The translations under genes and the position numbers were made by a program. A stretch of DNA of 61,991 nucleotides from IMG/VR virus record IMGVR_UViG_3300030328_003511, positions 1 through 61,991 of that record; one strand, given 5' to 3'. Of the stretch, positions 46,594-54,918 are shown piece by piece. Positions within the stretch are counted from its first letter, which is position 1, and each line of letters opens with the position of its first letter. Origin of the DNA: a virus (taxonomy: Duplodnaviria > Caudoviricetes). Below the pieces are notes generated by a model. It ran no database searches. It was given only the letters and a program-made list of their open reading frames with translations, and was not told the DNA's origin.

Positions 46594-47115
46594 TTAAAAA
46601 TCTTTAATTGGATCTCCATTAAATGACAAAGCATATTTTGGAGTTTGGGTTAAATTACGATTTGCATAATGTCTTAGTATACCATCAAATAGGACAAATT
46701 TCCCCCTTGCTGGAACTACTTCTTTTTTAATTTCTGGAAAATATAATGTTTGATTAACATCATTCAAATATATTACACCAGAGCAAACACTTGGGATATG
46801 ATCATGCTCTTTTGTTCTACCAGAATAAGCTTCTTCAAGTCCCCATACTTCATTAATTTTAAAATTACGTAGCTTCATTATTTTCTCCAACTCATTCATT
46901 ATTGGCCACATCACCTCCCAAAATTTTTGATCCTTTAAAAAGTAAGTCCAATCTGTCATACCCCCATGAACATTTGTTCTAAAACTCCAATTACCCTCTT
47001 TGTGAATACCTTCTTTTATTTTATCTATAAAATATTCAGCATCAATATTACAAAATCCTTCTAAGAAAAAATAATCTTTTTTAACTTGAGATTGAATAAG
47101 GGTATTGATCTTCAC
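46594..47115 (-). CDS. Fe(II)/2OG oxygenase-like protein, HxH type
   Basis: WG...HDH...SGVIYL...F...L.H...KYALSFN. Confidence 0.8.
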   Translation of the reverse strand: MKINTLIQSQVKKDYFFLEGFCNIDAEYFIDKIKEGIHKEGNWSFRTNVHGGMTDWTYFLKDQKFWEVMWPIMNELEKIMKLRNFKINEVWGLEEAYSGRTKEHDHIPSVCSGVIYLNDVNQTLYFPEIKKEVVPARGKFVLFDGILRHYANRNLTQTPKYALSFNGDPIKDF

Positions 47116-47127
47116 AAATTGAGATAC

Positions 47128-47244
47128 TTAATTAGTTATTAAATGATATAATATGACTATAGCAATAATAACGCCAGCAGCAACTTTTTTATTTGCCATA
47201 GCTAATCCCCATATTCTTTTAGCTTCGCTTATAACTTTTTCCAT
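47128..47244 (-). CDS. Small single-TM peptide, 38 aa
   Basis: Manual translation MEKVISEAKRIWGLAMANKKVAAGVIIAIVILYHLITN; RBS AAGGAG. Confidence 0.6.
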   Translation of the reverse strand: MEKVISEAKRIWGLAMANKKVAAGVIIAIVILYHLITN

Positions 47245-47291
47245 AGTGTTCTCCTTTTTATTTGAGTTAAATTTTATAGTAAGATAAGTGT

Positions 47292-47507
47292 TTATTCAAG
47301 TATTAACTTTTTAATAGTTAAAGATCCATCGATATTCGACTCGAGCTCCGCCATCGATTTCACGCATTGATAAACTACATTTTTTGAAGTATTTCCCCTC
47401 ATTGCGACACGCTTACCTTTAAGGCAATCGGACATCGCCGGTTGTATACGTGCTTCCTTAATCTCTCCGTTGATTATCAGAAGTAAAGCCACCACTAATT
47501 CTGTCAA
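47292..47507 (-). CDS. Small protein with hydrophobic N-terminus and two Cys
   Basis: RBS GGAGG; lysis-region position. Confidence 0.65.
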   Translation of the reverse strand: MTELVVALLLIINGEIKEARIQPAMSDCLKGKRVAMRGNTSKNVVYQCVKSMAELESNIDGSLTIKKLILE

Positions 47508-47887
47508 TGTGTACCTCCATTTTTATTTGCTCTAACCTTATCTTTTAGAACCTCAACATCAACTAAAAGCTTCTCGGTTTGTTTTTGAATAAATTGGATA
47601 TTCACTTTATTATGCATCATGTCCTCAATTCTTGTTTCAATTTGCTCTACACTTTTATAAAGATCTTCCAATAAAAAATGTTGCTCCTGGTCCACGGGTA
47701 CCTGTTCAGATTTTTTAAGCAAATCATTTTCAAACAGCTCACGTGAAGTTTCTAACGATACTAATCTTGAAGTCAGCTCTGCGTATACGAACACGCCGGC
47801 TGCAACGAGCACGATCAGACTAGCAACCGTTTTCATCGGCATTTGCACAGCGGCTTCTTCAGAAATATTAAGTGGTTGTTTAGCCAT
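47504..47887 (-). CDS. TM plus coiled-coil protein, possibly spanin or holin accessory
   Basis: One TM segment followed by heptads. Confidence 0.6.
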   Translation of the reverse strand: MAKQPLNISEEAAVQMPMKTVASLIVLVAAGVFVYAELTSRLVSLETSRELFENDLLKKSEQVPVDQEQHFLLEDLYKSVEQIETRIEDMMHNKVNIQFIQKQTEKLLVDVEVLKDKVRANKNGGTH

Positions 47888-48138
47888 TAGTTATAACTAT
47901 ACCCCGTGTTGCCTTGTTCTAATTTTTTAAATAATTTTTCGTGTTGTTCCATAATCTCTTCATCCGAATCCATCATATCATCCATCTTATCTTCTAATTT
48001 TTCTACTTGTCTTTCAAGTTTAGAAACTTTATCTAGCTGTACTGCTTGATTAGTAGAGAGATCAAACGTTCTAGTAAGAGTCCAACCAGCTAATGCCAGT
48101 AGAATTCCAACTAATAATGTCATTAATTTTTCAATCAT
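47887..48138 (-). CDS. TM plus coiled-coil protein, paralogue of 48279..48506
   Basis: LALAGWTLTRTF. Confidence 0.65.
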   Translation of the reverse strand: MIEKLMTLLVGILLALAGWTLTRTFDLSTNQAVQLDKVSKLERQVEKLEDKMDDMMDSDEEIMEQHEKLFKKLEQGNTGYSYN

Positions 48139-48278
48139 AGAAGAATTATACTTTCTTTAACCTTATGTTTCAATGAGGTGGGTTGGACTGGTTTTACGCA
48201 AAAAGCTAATAAACATAGCAGTATTATAAGTATTGCTGTAAAACGGTAGTCCATTTTGTTTCTCTCCATTATTAGGCA

Positions 48279-48506
48279 TTAATCCTGCTTTTTCTTTTTT
48301 TTCTTTTTACGTTTTTCTTTTTTCTTTTCAGATTTAATATCTTGAAGAGTGTTCCACACAGCTTCTTCCATATCTTTTTCAATTTGAGTAATTTTTTCTT
48401 TAACCAATACCATATCTTGGGAGAGCGAGAAGGTTCTGGATAACGTCCATCCGCCGAGAGCGATGAGAATAGCAAGTAGTGCGGCGATAAGTTTATCATT
48501 GACCAT
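48279..48506 (-). CDS. TM plus coiled-coil protein with Lys-rich tail
   Basis: IALGGWTLSRTF; RBS GAGG. Confidence 0.65.
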   Translation of the reverse strand: MVNDKLIAALLAILIALGGWTLSRTFSLSQDMVLVKEKITQIEKDMEEAVWNTLQDIKSEKKKEKRKKKKKKKQD

Positions 48507-48678
48507 TTTTCACCTCGTTTTCATAAGACATATCAGTCCCATGATCTTTAATATTAGTGTAGGTTCTTTTGTCTTCCTTACAATTACAATTACCACAAGG
48601 ACAATAATCTAGATATTCATCTATATGCTTACCCTCTTTACAATGGCAATCGTGGTTACAATCTTTACATGTACTCAT
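48496..48678 (-). CDS. Cys/His-rich metallothionein-like peptide
   Basis: CKDCNHDCHC...H...CPCGNCNC, eight Cys in about 30 aa. Confidence 0.6.
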   Translation of the reverse strand: MSTCKDCNHDCHCKEGKHIDEYLDYCPCGNCNCKEDKRTYTNIKDHGTDMSYENEVKNGQ

Positions 48679-48684
48679 TTAATA

Positions 48685-49224
48685 TTAATAATAATTTAAA
48701 TTAATATAATATCTTACCATTGAGTTATTGTTTCTAACAGACCTATGCAAAATTTTTGGATTAAAAATCAATATCCTATTTTCTTGGGATTTAACAAATA
48801 TTTCTTTATTATCTACCATTAAATGAGTTCCACCATCACAATTAGTAAGATTAAGAATAGCTGTAAAATTTCCAGTCAAATTATCTGTGTGATAATTTGA
48901 AGCATGGTTGATAAAGAGTTCTTTAAGCATTAAATTTGCTCTTGCTTGAATAAGAGCTTTTGCATTTAATTGTTTCATAATGGGAATAATTAAAGGATCG
49001 TATAATTCACTTGAACTTTTAAAATCATTAAAAAAATTGTAAGTAAAATATCCGTTATCAACTTCACTTCCCGGGCCTACTGTCATTCTAGGTCGTCTTC
49101 GCCACGGAAAATCTTGATCTGTAATTGTATCTTTTAAAAAATTAAAAAAATCTTGTTCAAGAAAATTATCAATAATGTTGTAGGTAAATTGATTATTATT
49201 TTCCATTACAGAAAATAATAACAT
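48685..49224 (-). CDS. Fe(II)/2OG oxygenase-like protein, HxD type
   Basis: FPW...RANL...YHTD...TAIL.L..CDGGT...H.S...R..IN.NY. Confidence 0.82.
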   Translation of the reverse strand: MLLFSVMENNNQFTYNIIDNFLEQDFFNFLKDTITDQDFPWRRRPRMTVGPGSEVDNGYFTYNFFNDFKSSSELYDPLIIPIMKQLNAKALIQARANLMLKELFINHASNYHTDNLTGNFTAILNLTNCDGGTHLMVDNKEIFVKSQENRILIFNPKILHRSVRNNNSMVRYYINLNYY

Positions 49225-49274
49225 CTAAGTAAGACATAGTCTAATTAATTATCTACGTCTTACTTAATAAAATA

Positions 49275-49604
49275 TTATTTGTTAGTTGTAGTTAAAGTTG
49301 GACCAGAGTATTTATCAGTTAACAAAGTATAAGCTGCTACTTTTGTTTTTGTTTTACAATAAACCCCTGCTGGAAATAAAATACCATCTTCTGGAAAAGA
49401 AAAATTAATTACATCTCCATCTGGTACATCTAAATAAAGTAAACTTGTTCCAGTGTTTGAAGTAGTCGTTAATTCTAATGCCCCAGCACCAGTTCCATCC
49501 GAAGCGATTATTATACCTCTAACTCTTATTGGTTGAGCAATAATTGCAGTAACACCTGCCGCTGCAATTGATCTTGTTGCTTGGATGTCGTTTTTGAACC
49601 CCAT
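49275..49604 (-). CDS. Virion structural protein
   Basis: FPEDGILF..G pattern; RBS; follows the capsid genes. Confidence 0.7.
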   Translation of the reverse strand: MGFKNDIQATRSIAAAGVTAIIAQPIRVRGIIIASDGTGAGALELTTTSNTGTSLLYLDVPDGDVINFSFPEDGILFPAGVYCKTKTKVAAYTLLTDKYSGPTLTTTNK

Positions 49605-49622
49605 AAAAATTCTCCTTTGTTT

Positions 49623-49642
49623 GTGGCTCCCGAAGGAGCCAC
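49623..49642. terminator. GC-rich hairpin with UUCG loop on the minus strand
   Basis: gtggctcc-cgaa-ggagccac. Confidence 0.6.
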
Positions 49643-49652
49643 TAATTATTTA

Positions 49653-50198
49653 TTACTGTGTATCAAAAGGTGTTGCTAAAGATCCAGTAGCATTAAGTAA
49701 TCCCTCTACAAAGTAAAGGTTTGCTGCGACTGCAGTAAACTTAATGTAAGAACCTTTTAAACCACCTGTTGTTGCAACAGCAGCACCAGCTTCACCATTT
49801 AGATTAACTTCATTGTTAGCTGCTGCCGGAACCCATTGTTTTCCAGAAACTGAAGCAGTAATACCAGATGTTATCATACCAATAAATTTGTCATTAGTAT
49901 CAGCTGTCTTGATTGTACCAGTGAAATCGTCTGTAAAAAGAATTTCAAAAGTTGTACCAATTGTGCTTGGATTACTTGGATCACTTCCAGGTCCTGCAAC
50001 TGCTGAATCAGCAGTAGAATTAATTGCTGGTATTGTGATTGCAGTTGGTGTTCCTGCAGGATCCATTAATACAAGTCTTCCTGCATGAGCAGCGACAGAT
50101 AAATCTGTAGCTAAAGTTAATGCAGGGATTGCTCCTGGTCCAATTGATTGAAAACCATTTTTCGATCTTACCGGACCATCAAAAGTAGTGTTTGCCAT
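49653..50198 (-). CDS. Capsid-associated (decoration or fibre) protein
   Basis: MANTTFDGPVRSKNGF N-terminus; directly after the MCP. Confidence 0.7.
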   Translation of the reverse strand: MANTTFDGPVRSKNGFQSIGPGAIPALTLATDLSVAAHAGRLVLMDPAGTPTAITIPAINSTADSAVAGPGSDPSNPSTIGTTFEILFTDDFTGTIKTADTNDKFIGMITSGITASVSGKQWVPAAANNEVNLNGEAGAAVATTGGLKGSYIKFTAVAANLYFVEGLLNATGSLATPFDTQ

Positions 50199-50299
50199 AA
50201 TTTTCTCCTTTGTGTATAGCTTTTAATTTTGTAGTCTCTATACCGTCCGCCTAGCCGGTCTACAAAATAATAATTAATCTAGGTTTTTATATTATACAT

Positions 50300-50331
50300 A
50301 AAAAAAGGGGCAGAGTAAACTCCGCCCCTTT
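50300..50331 (-). terminator. Intrinsic terminator after the major capsid gene
   Basis: Minus strand aaaggggcggag-ttta-ctctgcccc followed by a T run. Confidence 0.8.
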
Positions 50332-50353
50332 CTAATTACTTACGTATTATTTA

Positions 50354-51271
50354 TTAAGTAGTTGGTAGATTTCCGTTACCAAAAACACATCTTGGATCAC
50401 TCCATCCAAAGCTGTATCTTTCTCTAGCTTTAAATCTTACGTTACCAGTATCGAAGTCTCCTTCAATTGCAGTTTTGATTGGTGATCTAACGAAATGTTT
50501 AAGTCCATTAGGTACATCAGTCAATAAGAAGAATGAATCAGTGTCAGTTAAAAAGTTATTCACTCTGTAACCTTCTGGTACCATTCCCATACTAACAATT
50601 GCGTTGATATCGTTATCAGCTGTGCCGACTCTTTGAGGAGATTTCATCAATCTCTCAGCAGTAAATTGTAATTCTTTTGGAATTATCATTTTTCTACCTT
50701 GAGTAGCGATTCTTAATCCTCTTTCGTCTACAAACCCAGCGATGTCGATTAACGACTGCTCTAAAGAAGTTTCGTTTAAGTCTGCAGCAGTAGCAAGAAC
50801 ATTTGAGAAAGTTCCACCAGTTGCAAGTGGGTGAGCGTTTCCGATTAAAGATTCGCCATCACCACCTGTTACAGTAGTAACTTGCGCATTGTTCAATACA
50901 TTAGCAGCTTTAACTTGCTTCGTATTTGCCATAGATCTTGCAAGAGCTCTTGTGTATCTTGCAGCTAATCTGTCATATAGGTTGTCTTCGATTGCTTCTT
51001 CAGTAATAGCAAATGCCAAAGCGATAGTTTCGTGATTGTATCTTGCTGTGAAAGTTTCACCTGCTTGATCAAACACTACTCCAGCACCTTCTGCTTTAGT
51101 CGGTGCAGAAGCAAATCCGCTTAACATTACTTCTTCTTCAAAAGCTCTGTCAGATGTTTCTGTTGCGAAAATCTCTGCGTCTTGATTTTCGTATCTATTA
51201 TATTCCAGGCCGAATAGTGCATTCAAACCTGGCTCTAGTTCTTTAACTAGTTGCGATCGTGATATAGCCAT
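50354..51271 (-). CDS. Major capsid protein
   Basis: MAISRSQLVKELEPGLNALFG...DFDTGNVRFKARERYSFGWSDPR; position after the scaffold; strong terminator. Confidence 0.9.
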   Translation of the reverse strand: MAISRSQLVKELEPGLNALFGLEYNRYENQDAEIFATETSDRAFEEEVMLSGFASAPTKAEGAGVVFDQAGETFTARYNHETIALAFAITEEAIEDNLYDRLAARYTRALARSMANTKQVKAANVLNNAQVTTVTGGDGESLIGNAHPLATGGTFSNVLATAADLNETSLEQSLIDIAGFVDERGLRIATQGRKMIIPKELQFTAERLMKSPQRVGTADNDINAIVSMGMVPEGYRVNNFLTDTDSFFLLTDVPNGLKHFVRSPIKTAIEGDFDTGNVRFKARERYSFGWSDPRCVFGNGNLPTT

Positions 51272-51287
51272 AGTTATTTATCTCCTA

Positions 51288-51872
51288 TTATAGACCTGTT
51301 CCACCTTGACGGTAGAAATGATTGTTGATTCTAACAAGAATATTTGCATTTGATGTTGTCTGATCGTCATTCTCTGGATCTTGACATATATCAATTGCTT
51401 GTACTACATAAGACCCTGCTGTACCTGTGACAGCTACGTCTAGCATTACTTCTGATATTCCTGTTGTTGTACTTCCGCCGCCGTTATCTACCGAATAGTT
51501 TGTAAATAGATTCGCCTGCGCAAAAACCGCATCTGCATTCATCAAAAATACTGCGTCTGGATCGTCAACAATAAAAGCAGTTATCTGCCCTTGAGTTGGT
51601 GTAACTCCACCAGGATAGTAATTTGAGTAAGTTGGTTTTTGAGTAGTTGGATCATTATAAAAACATCCGTTAAATACACCCACAACAGCATAAGACGTAT
51701 TATAAGTGTGTCTTGAAATAGTACCATCAGTTAATGGTCTTACTAAGTCACCTTGATAAATTGCAGTAGCGTAGCCATCTGCGATCTTATATCTGTTTTG
51801 AGCTCCGACTAGTGGAGTACCATCTAGTTTTCGGTAAGGTCTCAGACCAAACTTTTCTAGTTGATTTGCCAT
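51288..51872 (-). CDS. Capsid minor or cement protein
   Basis: FGLRP...IYQGDLV...GVFNGCFY.DPT; directly upstream of the MCP. Confidence 0.7.
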   Translation of the reverse strand: MANQLEKFGLRPYRKLDGTPLVGAQNRYKIADGYATAIYQGDLVRPLTDGTISRHTYNTSYAVVGVFNGCFYNDPTTQKPTYSNYYPGGVTPTQGQITAFIVDDPDAVFLMNADAVFAQANLFTNYSVDNGGGSTTTGISEVMLDVAVTGTAGSYVVQAIDICQDPENDDQTTSNANILVRINNHFYRQGGTGL

Positions 51873-51928
51873 AGTTATGTTCTCCTTTAACAGTTTATTT
51901 TAATAACCCAGCAGCAATAGCAAAAAAA

Positions 51929-52399
51929 TTATTTTTTGCGACTACCACCAAAGGTCACTCTTGACTGTCTATCAATATTGATAGGCATGTCTGGGTGCTG
52001 TTCCTTCATGAGATCGTTGTCAACTGCGTTCATTCTATCTTGAGTAATTTTTTTAAAATACTCAGCACGTGCAACCAGTATCTCTTCTGGTATCCTTGCC
52101 AGCACAAGGCCCCCAATTCCTATACACCCCTGGTATTTTCCTTCGGCATAGAAAGGATATTTATTTTCGCCAATCTCTTCTTTAATTTGATCGACTCTAA
52201 CAAACTCCCATCCTTCCCTTTGTTTTTTAGATACATTAGCTGTATCTTCAAAACCTTGAACGGTTGTACGTATCCATCTGTGGGCGTACCCGTTCGGTGC
52301 AGGTGGTGCATCCAAACTGGATGGTGGAGCCCAGGTTTTCTTAGCTTCTTTTGAAGCTTTGTTTTCTGACTCCCGTGAAGTTCTCTTAATTGTACTCAT
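51929..52399 (-). CDS. Conserved head-module protein
   Basis: WAPPSSLDAP.AP.GY..RWIR...REGWEFVR. Confidence 0.75.
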   Translation of the reverse strand: MSTIKRTSRESENKASKEAKKTWAPPSSLDAPPAPNGYAHRWIRTTVQGFEDTANVSKKQREGWEFVRVDQIKEEIGENKYPFYAEGKYQGCIGIGGLVLARIPEEILVARAEYFKKITQDRMNAVDNDLMKEQHPDMPINIDRQSRVTFGGSRKK

Positions 52400-53482
52400 T
52401 TATTTATCCTCCTTCACGTATCTAGCGTATTCCTCTAGTGGCACATTTAATCTTTTAGCAATTGCTACCTGTGATTTTGTGAGTCTCACAGTTCTACGTC
52501 CTTGTTGGCTACGACCAGCCGAGGCAACCGTTTGGACGGGTTTCGGTTTCTCTTTTGGCTCGTCTTTAGCGCCTTCAAAACTCTCGGGAAAGTACCTTTT
52601 GAGTCTTGCATTAACTTCATTATAATACTCATCGCTATCAACTGCAATACCCTCTTGAGAAATATTGTTGTGAATAGTGATGGCAGCATTAGTCATGACT
52701 TCATCATTTCCAAACCATTTATTATCCTCGGCCCACTTCTTGGCTCGAGGTGTAATTTGTGGCGCAGGTTCTGATGTTCCGCTGTTTGAGGTATCAGCTT
52801 GTACGTTTGGTTGTTGTTTATTTTTTTCTTCTTCAGCTTTCTTAAGCTCTTCTCGATTAGCTATCTCTAATCTAGCTTTTTCTTTTTCGACAGCTAATTG
52901 AGTTAACTTATCATTTGCTTCCATAATTTGAGAAGCATCTTGCTTTTCGATTGCTGACTGAAGAGCAACTTTGACTTGGTCTCTTTGAGCATCTACTCTA
53001 GCATCTAATTCTTTTAGATACTGATCATCAGTAGCACTTAACTTTTTAAGATTGACATCAAATTTCTTTTGTACTCCCTTGGCATATTCAAGAGCTGCTT
53101 TTTCTCTTCGTTCAGCTTCTTTTTTTTGAAAGACGAGTTTATTAATTCTTTTTTGATAATCTCTTCTTGATTCACCAAGGTTTGGTTTTTCTTCTTCCTT
53201 ACTTTCATCAGAAGATTCTTCTTTAGAAGTTTCACGTGAAACTTCTTCTGGTTGATCTTCTTTTATTTCGATTTCGGGTTTCTCGGGTTTTTTATCATCT
53301 TCTTGTTTGGGATGATCAGTATAACCTAAGTCTACTTCTCCAACATTTAAATTGGGAACATCTTCTTTTTCTTTAGTCTCTTTGACTTCAATGTTTTCTT
53401 CTTTAACATCATCAGTATCAAGTTCGACTTCGTTTTCTTTGGCTAATAATGCTTCCGCACTATAATCTTTAACTTCTGCCAT
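52400..53482 (-). CDS. Capsid scaffolding protein
   Basis: Acidic N-terminus, long coiled coil, W...N.WFG and C-terminal A.RL.VPLEEYA. Confidence 0.75.
   Translation of the reverse strand: MAEVKDYSAEALLAKENEVELDTDDVKEENIEVKETKEKEDVPNLNVGEVDLGYTDHPKQEDDKKPEKPEIEIKEDQPEEVSRETSKEESSDESKEEEKPNLGESRRDYQKRINKLVFQKKEAERREKAALEYAKGVQKKFDVNLKKLSATDDQYLKELDARVDAQRDQVKVALQSAIEKQDASQIMEANDKLTQLAVEKEKARLEIANREELKKAEEEKNKQQPNVQADTSNSGTSEPAPQITPRAKKWAEDNKWFGNDEVMTNAAITIHNNISQEGIAVDSDEYYNEVNARLKRYFPESFEGAKDEPKEKPKPVQTVASAGRSQQGRRTVRLTKSQVAIAKRLNVPLEEYARYVKEDK
53225..53246. promoter_or_regulatory. parS-like 22-bp perfect palindrome inside the scaffold gene
   Basis: AGAAGTTTCACGTGAAACTTCT; central 14 bp match parS consensus TGTTTCACGTGAAACA. 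Confidence 0.6.
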
Positions 53483-53497
53483 GTTTATCCTCCTATA

Positions 53498-53941
53498 TTA
53501 AAATAAATGGAGAATATCTTCTGGCTTTCCTATCGTTCCTATTATCTCATCGTCATTAAGAATACGGTGTTCACCAAATTTAGTTTGAAATCGTGAACCC
53601 GAATATCTACCATATACTACGAATGTACCTTCTTTACACCAAGCGCCACTAGGAAATTTTTCTTTGTCTTGATAACAAAGATCTCCCATTTTAACTACAA
53701 GTCCAACAACTGTTGTCATTGCAATTTTGTCGTTCGTTTCGTCAGAAAGTATTATTCCGCCTTTAGTCTTCTTTTTACCAGACCATGGTCTAACTAACAT
53801 ACGGTAACCTACGGGTGTAGGTATGATATTAAGATATTCTTTTATGCCTTTGGGATCTGTAGGAATCTGTGATTCAACCTCTTCTTTATTTTTTTCGTCT
53901 TTACCGAAATCAGTAAGTTTAGGTTTTATCAATTGGACCAT
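53498..53941 (-). CDS. groES: Co-chaperonin GroES-like protein
   Basis: P.GYRMLV.P, mobile loop KTKGGIIL, Y.G..F and LNDDEII. Confidence 0.88.
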   Translation of the reverse strand: MVQLIKPKLTDFGKDEKNKEEVESQIPTDPKGIKEYLNIIPTPVGYRMLVRPWSGKKKTKGGIILSDETNDKIAMTTVVGLVVKMGDLCYQDKEKFPSGAWCKEGTFVVYGRYSGSRFQTKFGEHRILNDDEIIGTIGKPEDILHLF

Positions 53942-54122
53942 CGTTATCCTCCTTATGCAAGCTTTTTATATCTTGAAGCAGCGCTTCTAAAGCACTGAGT
54001 CTGCCCCTAGCATACATCAGTTGAGATTCGGTTTCAACCCCATAGCAAATATGATCTTTAATATCTCGTATTGATCTATTTATAACGTTTTTTATTTGTT
54101 CGGCTGTATAAGGATCTAACAT
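53919..54122 (-). CDS. Small conserved head-module protein
   Basis: Y..GRL.AL pattern; coupled to groES. Confidence 0.65.
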   Translation of the reverse strand: MLDPYTAEQIKNVINRSIRDIKDHICYGVETESQLMYARGRLSALEALLQDIKSLHKEDNDGPIDKT

Positions 54123-54237
54123 TAAAATAATATTCCACCAGTAATCATGCCTAAAACAAAACAGATAATTTCAGTTCTATAATATAAGGATGATACAGCT
54201 AACCATTGTTTAAACTTTTCTATTTCTTTTTTCATAG

Positions 54238-54816
54238 CTAATTCCTTTTTAATGATATTTTATTTTTACCTTGTTTAAGTAGCATAAAACCAAAATCATT
54301 TACTATAATTTTTAAAATTGAATCCATGTTATATTTTGGATAATCATCAAAAATAAAAACTGTCCCTGCTTTTGATCTTTCTGCAAAAAATATTGCTTCC
54401 TTAATAACATCTAAAGACTTATGTGGTCCATCAAAATGGACTAAATCATATTGATTTCTAATTTCTTTTTTATCTCTATAAATAGGTACACCATCATGAA
54501 ATCGTTCCATAAATTCATCATCACCTAAACTAAATAAAGTAAAGTTTGGATAGTTTAAATCTTTTAATAATTGAAGTTTCATTTCATTTGTATAATCACA
54601 AACATAAGAAGAGCTACTATCATAGTGTTGATAATTTAAATTGCCGTATGGATCAATTCCTATATGCCAATGTTTTTTAGAAACAAATGAATCTAAAATA
54701 ATTTTAGAACCCTGTCCTTCACGGACACCTATCTCAGCTGTAAATAAATCATCACCTTCTAAAGATTTACAAGCTTCTTCTAGGATTTCGTATTCGGTAC
54801 TATCTCCTCTAATCAT
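54238..54816 (-). CDS. Class I SAM-dependent methyltransferase (Methyltransf_24-like)
   Basis: EIGVREG.GS, GIDPY, DLVHFDGPH and FDD motifs. Confidence 0.82.
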   Translation of the reverse strand: MIRGDSTEYEILEEACKSLEGDDLFTAEIGVREGQGSKIILDSFVSKKHWHIGIDPYGNLNYQHYDSSSSYVCDYTNEMKLQLLKDLNYPNFTLFSLGDDEFMERFHDGVPIYRDKKEIRNQYDLVHFDGPHKSLDVIKEAIFFAERSKAGTVFIFDDYPKYNMDSILKIIVNDFGFMLLKQGKNKISLKRN

Positions 54817-54867
54817 AGATGAGAATTTATATTAATTAAAAAATTTATGCAATAGTTAAATTGGTAA

Positions 54868-54883
54868 ACACTACATGTTGTGT
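54868..54883. promoter_or_regulatory. NrdR-box-like palindrome
   Basis: ACACTACATGTTGTGT versus consensus acaCwAtATaTwGtgt; overlaps a minus-strand TTGACA. Confidence 0.45.
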
Positions 54884-54918
54884 CAAGAAATTTATTTTGG
54901 TATATTTTTACTTTTTTC

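Noticed and set aside
47736-47750. Second parS site
   Set aside because: Only the 9-bp core TCACGTGAA matches; the flanks deviate.
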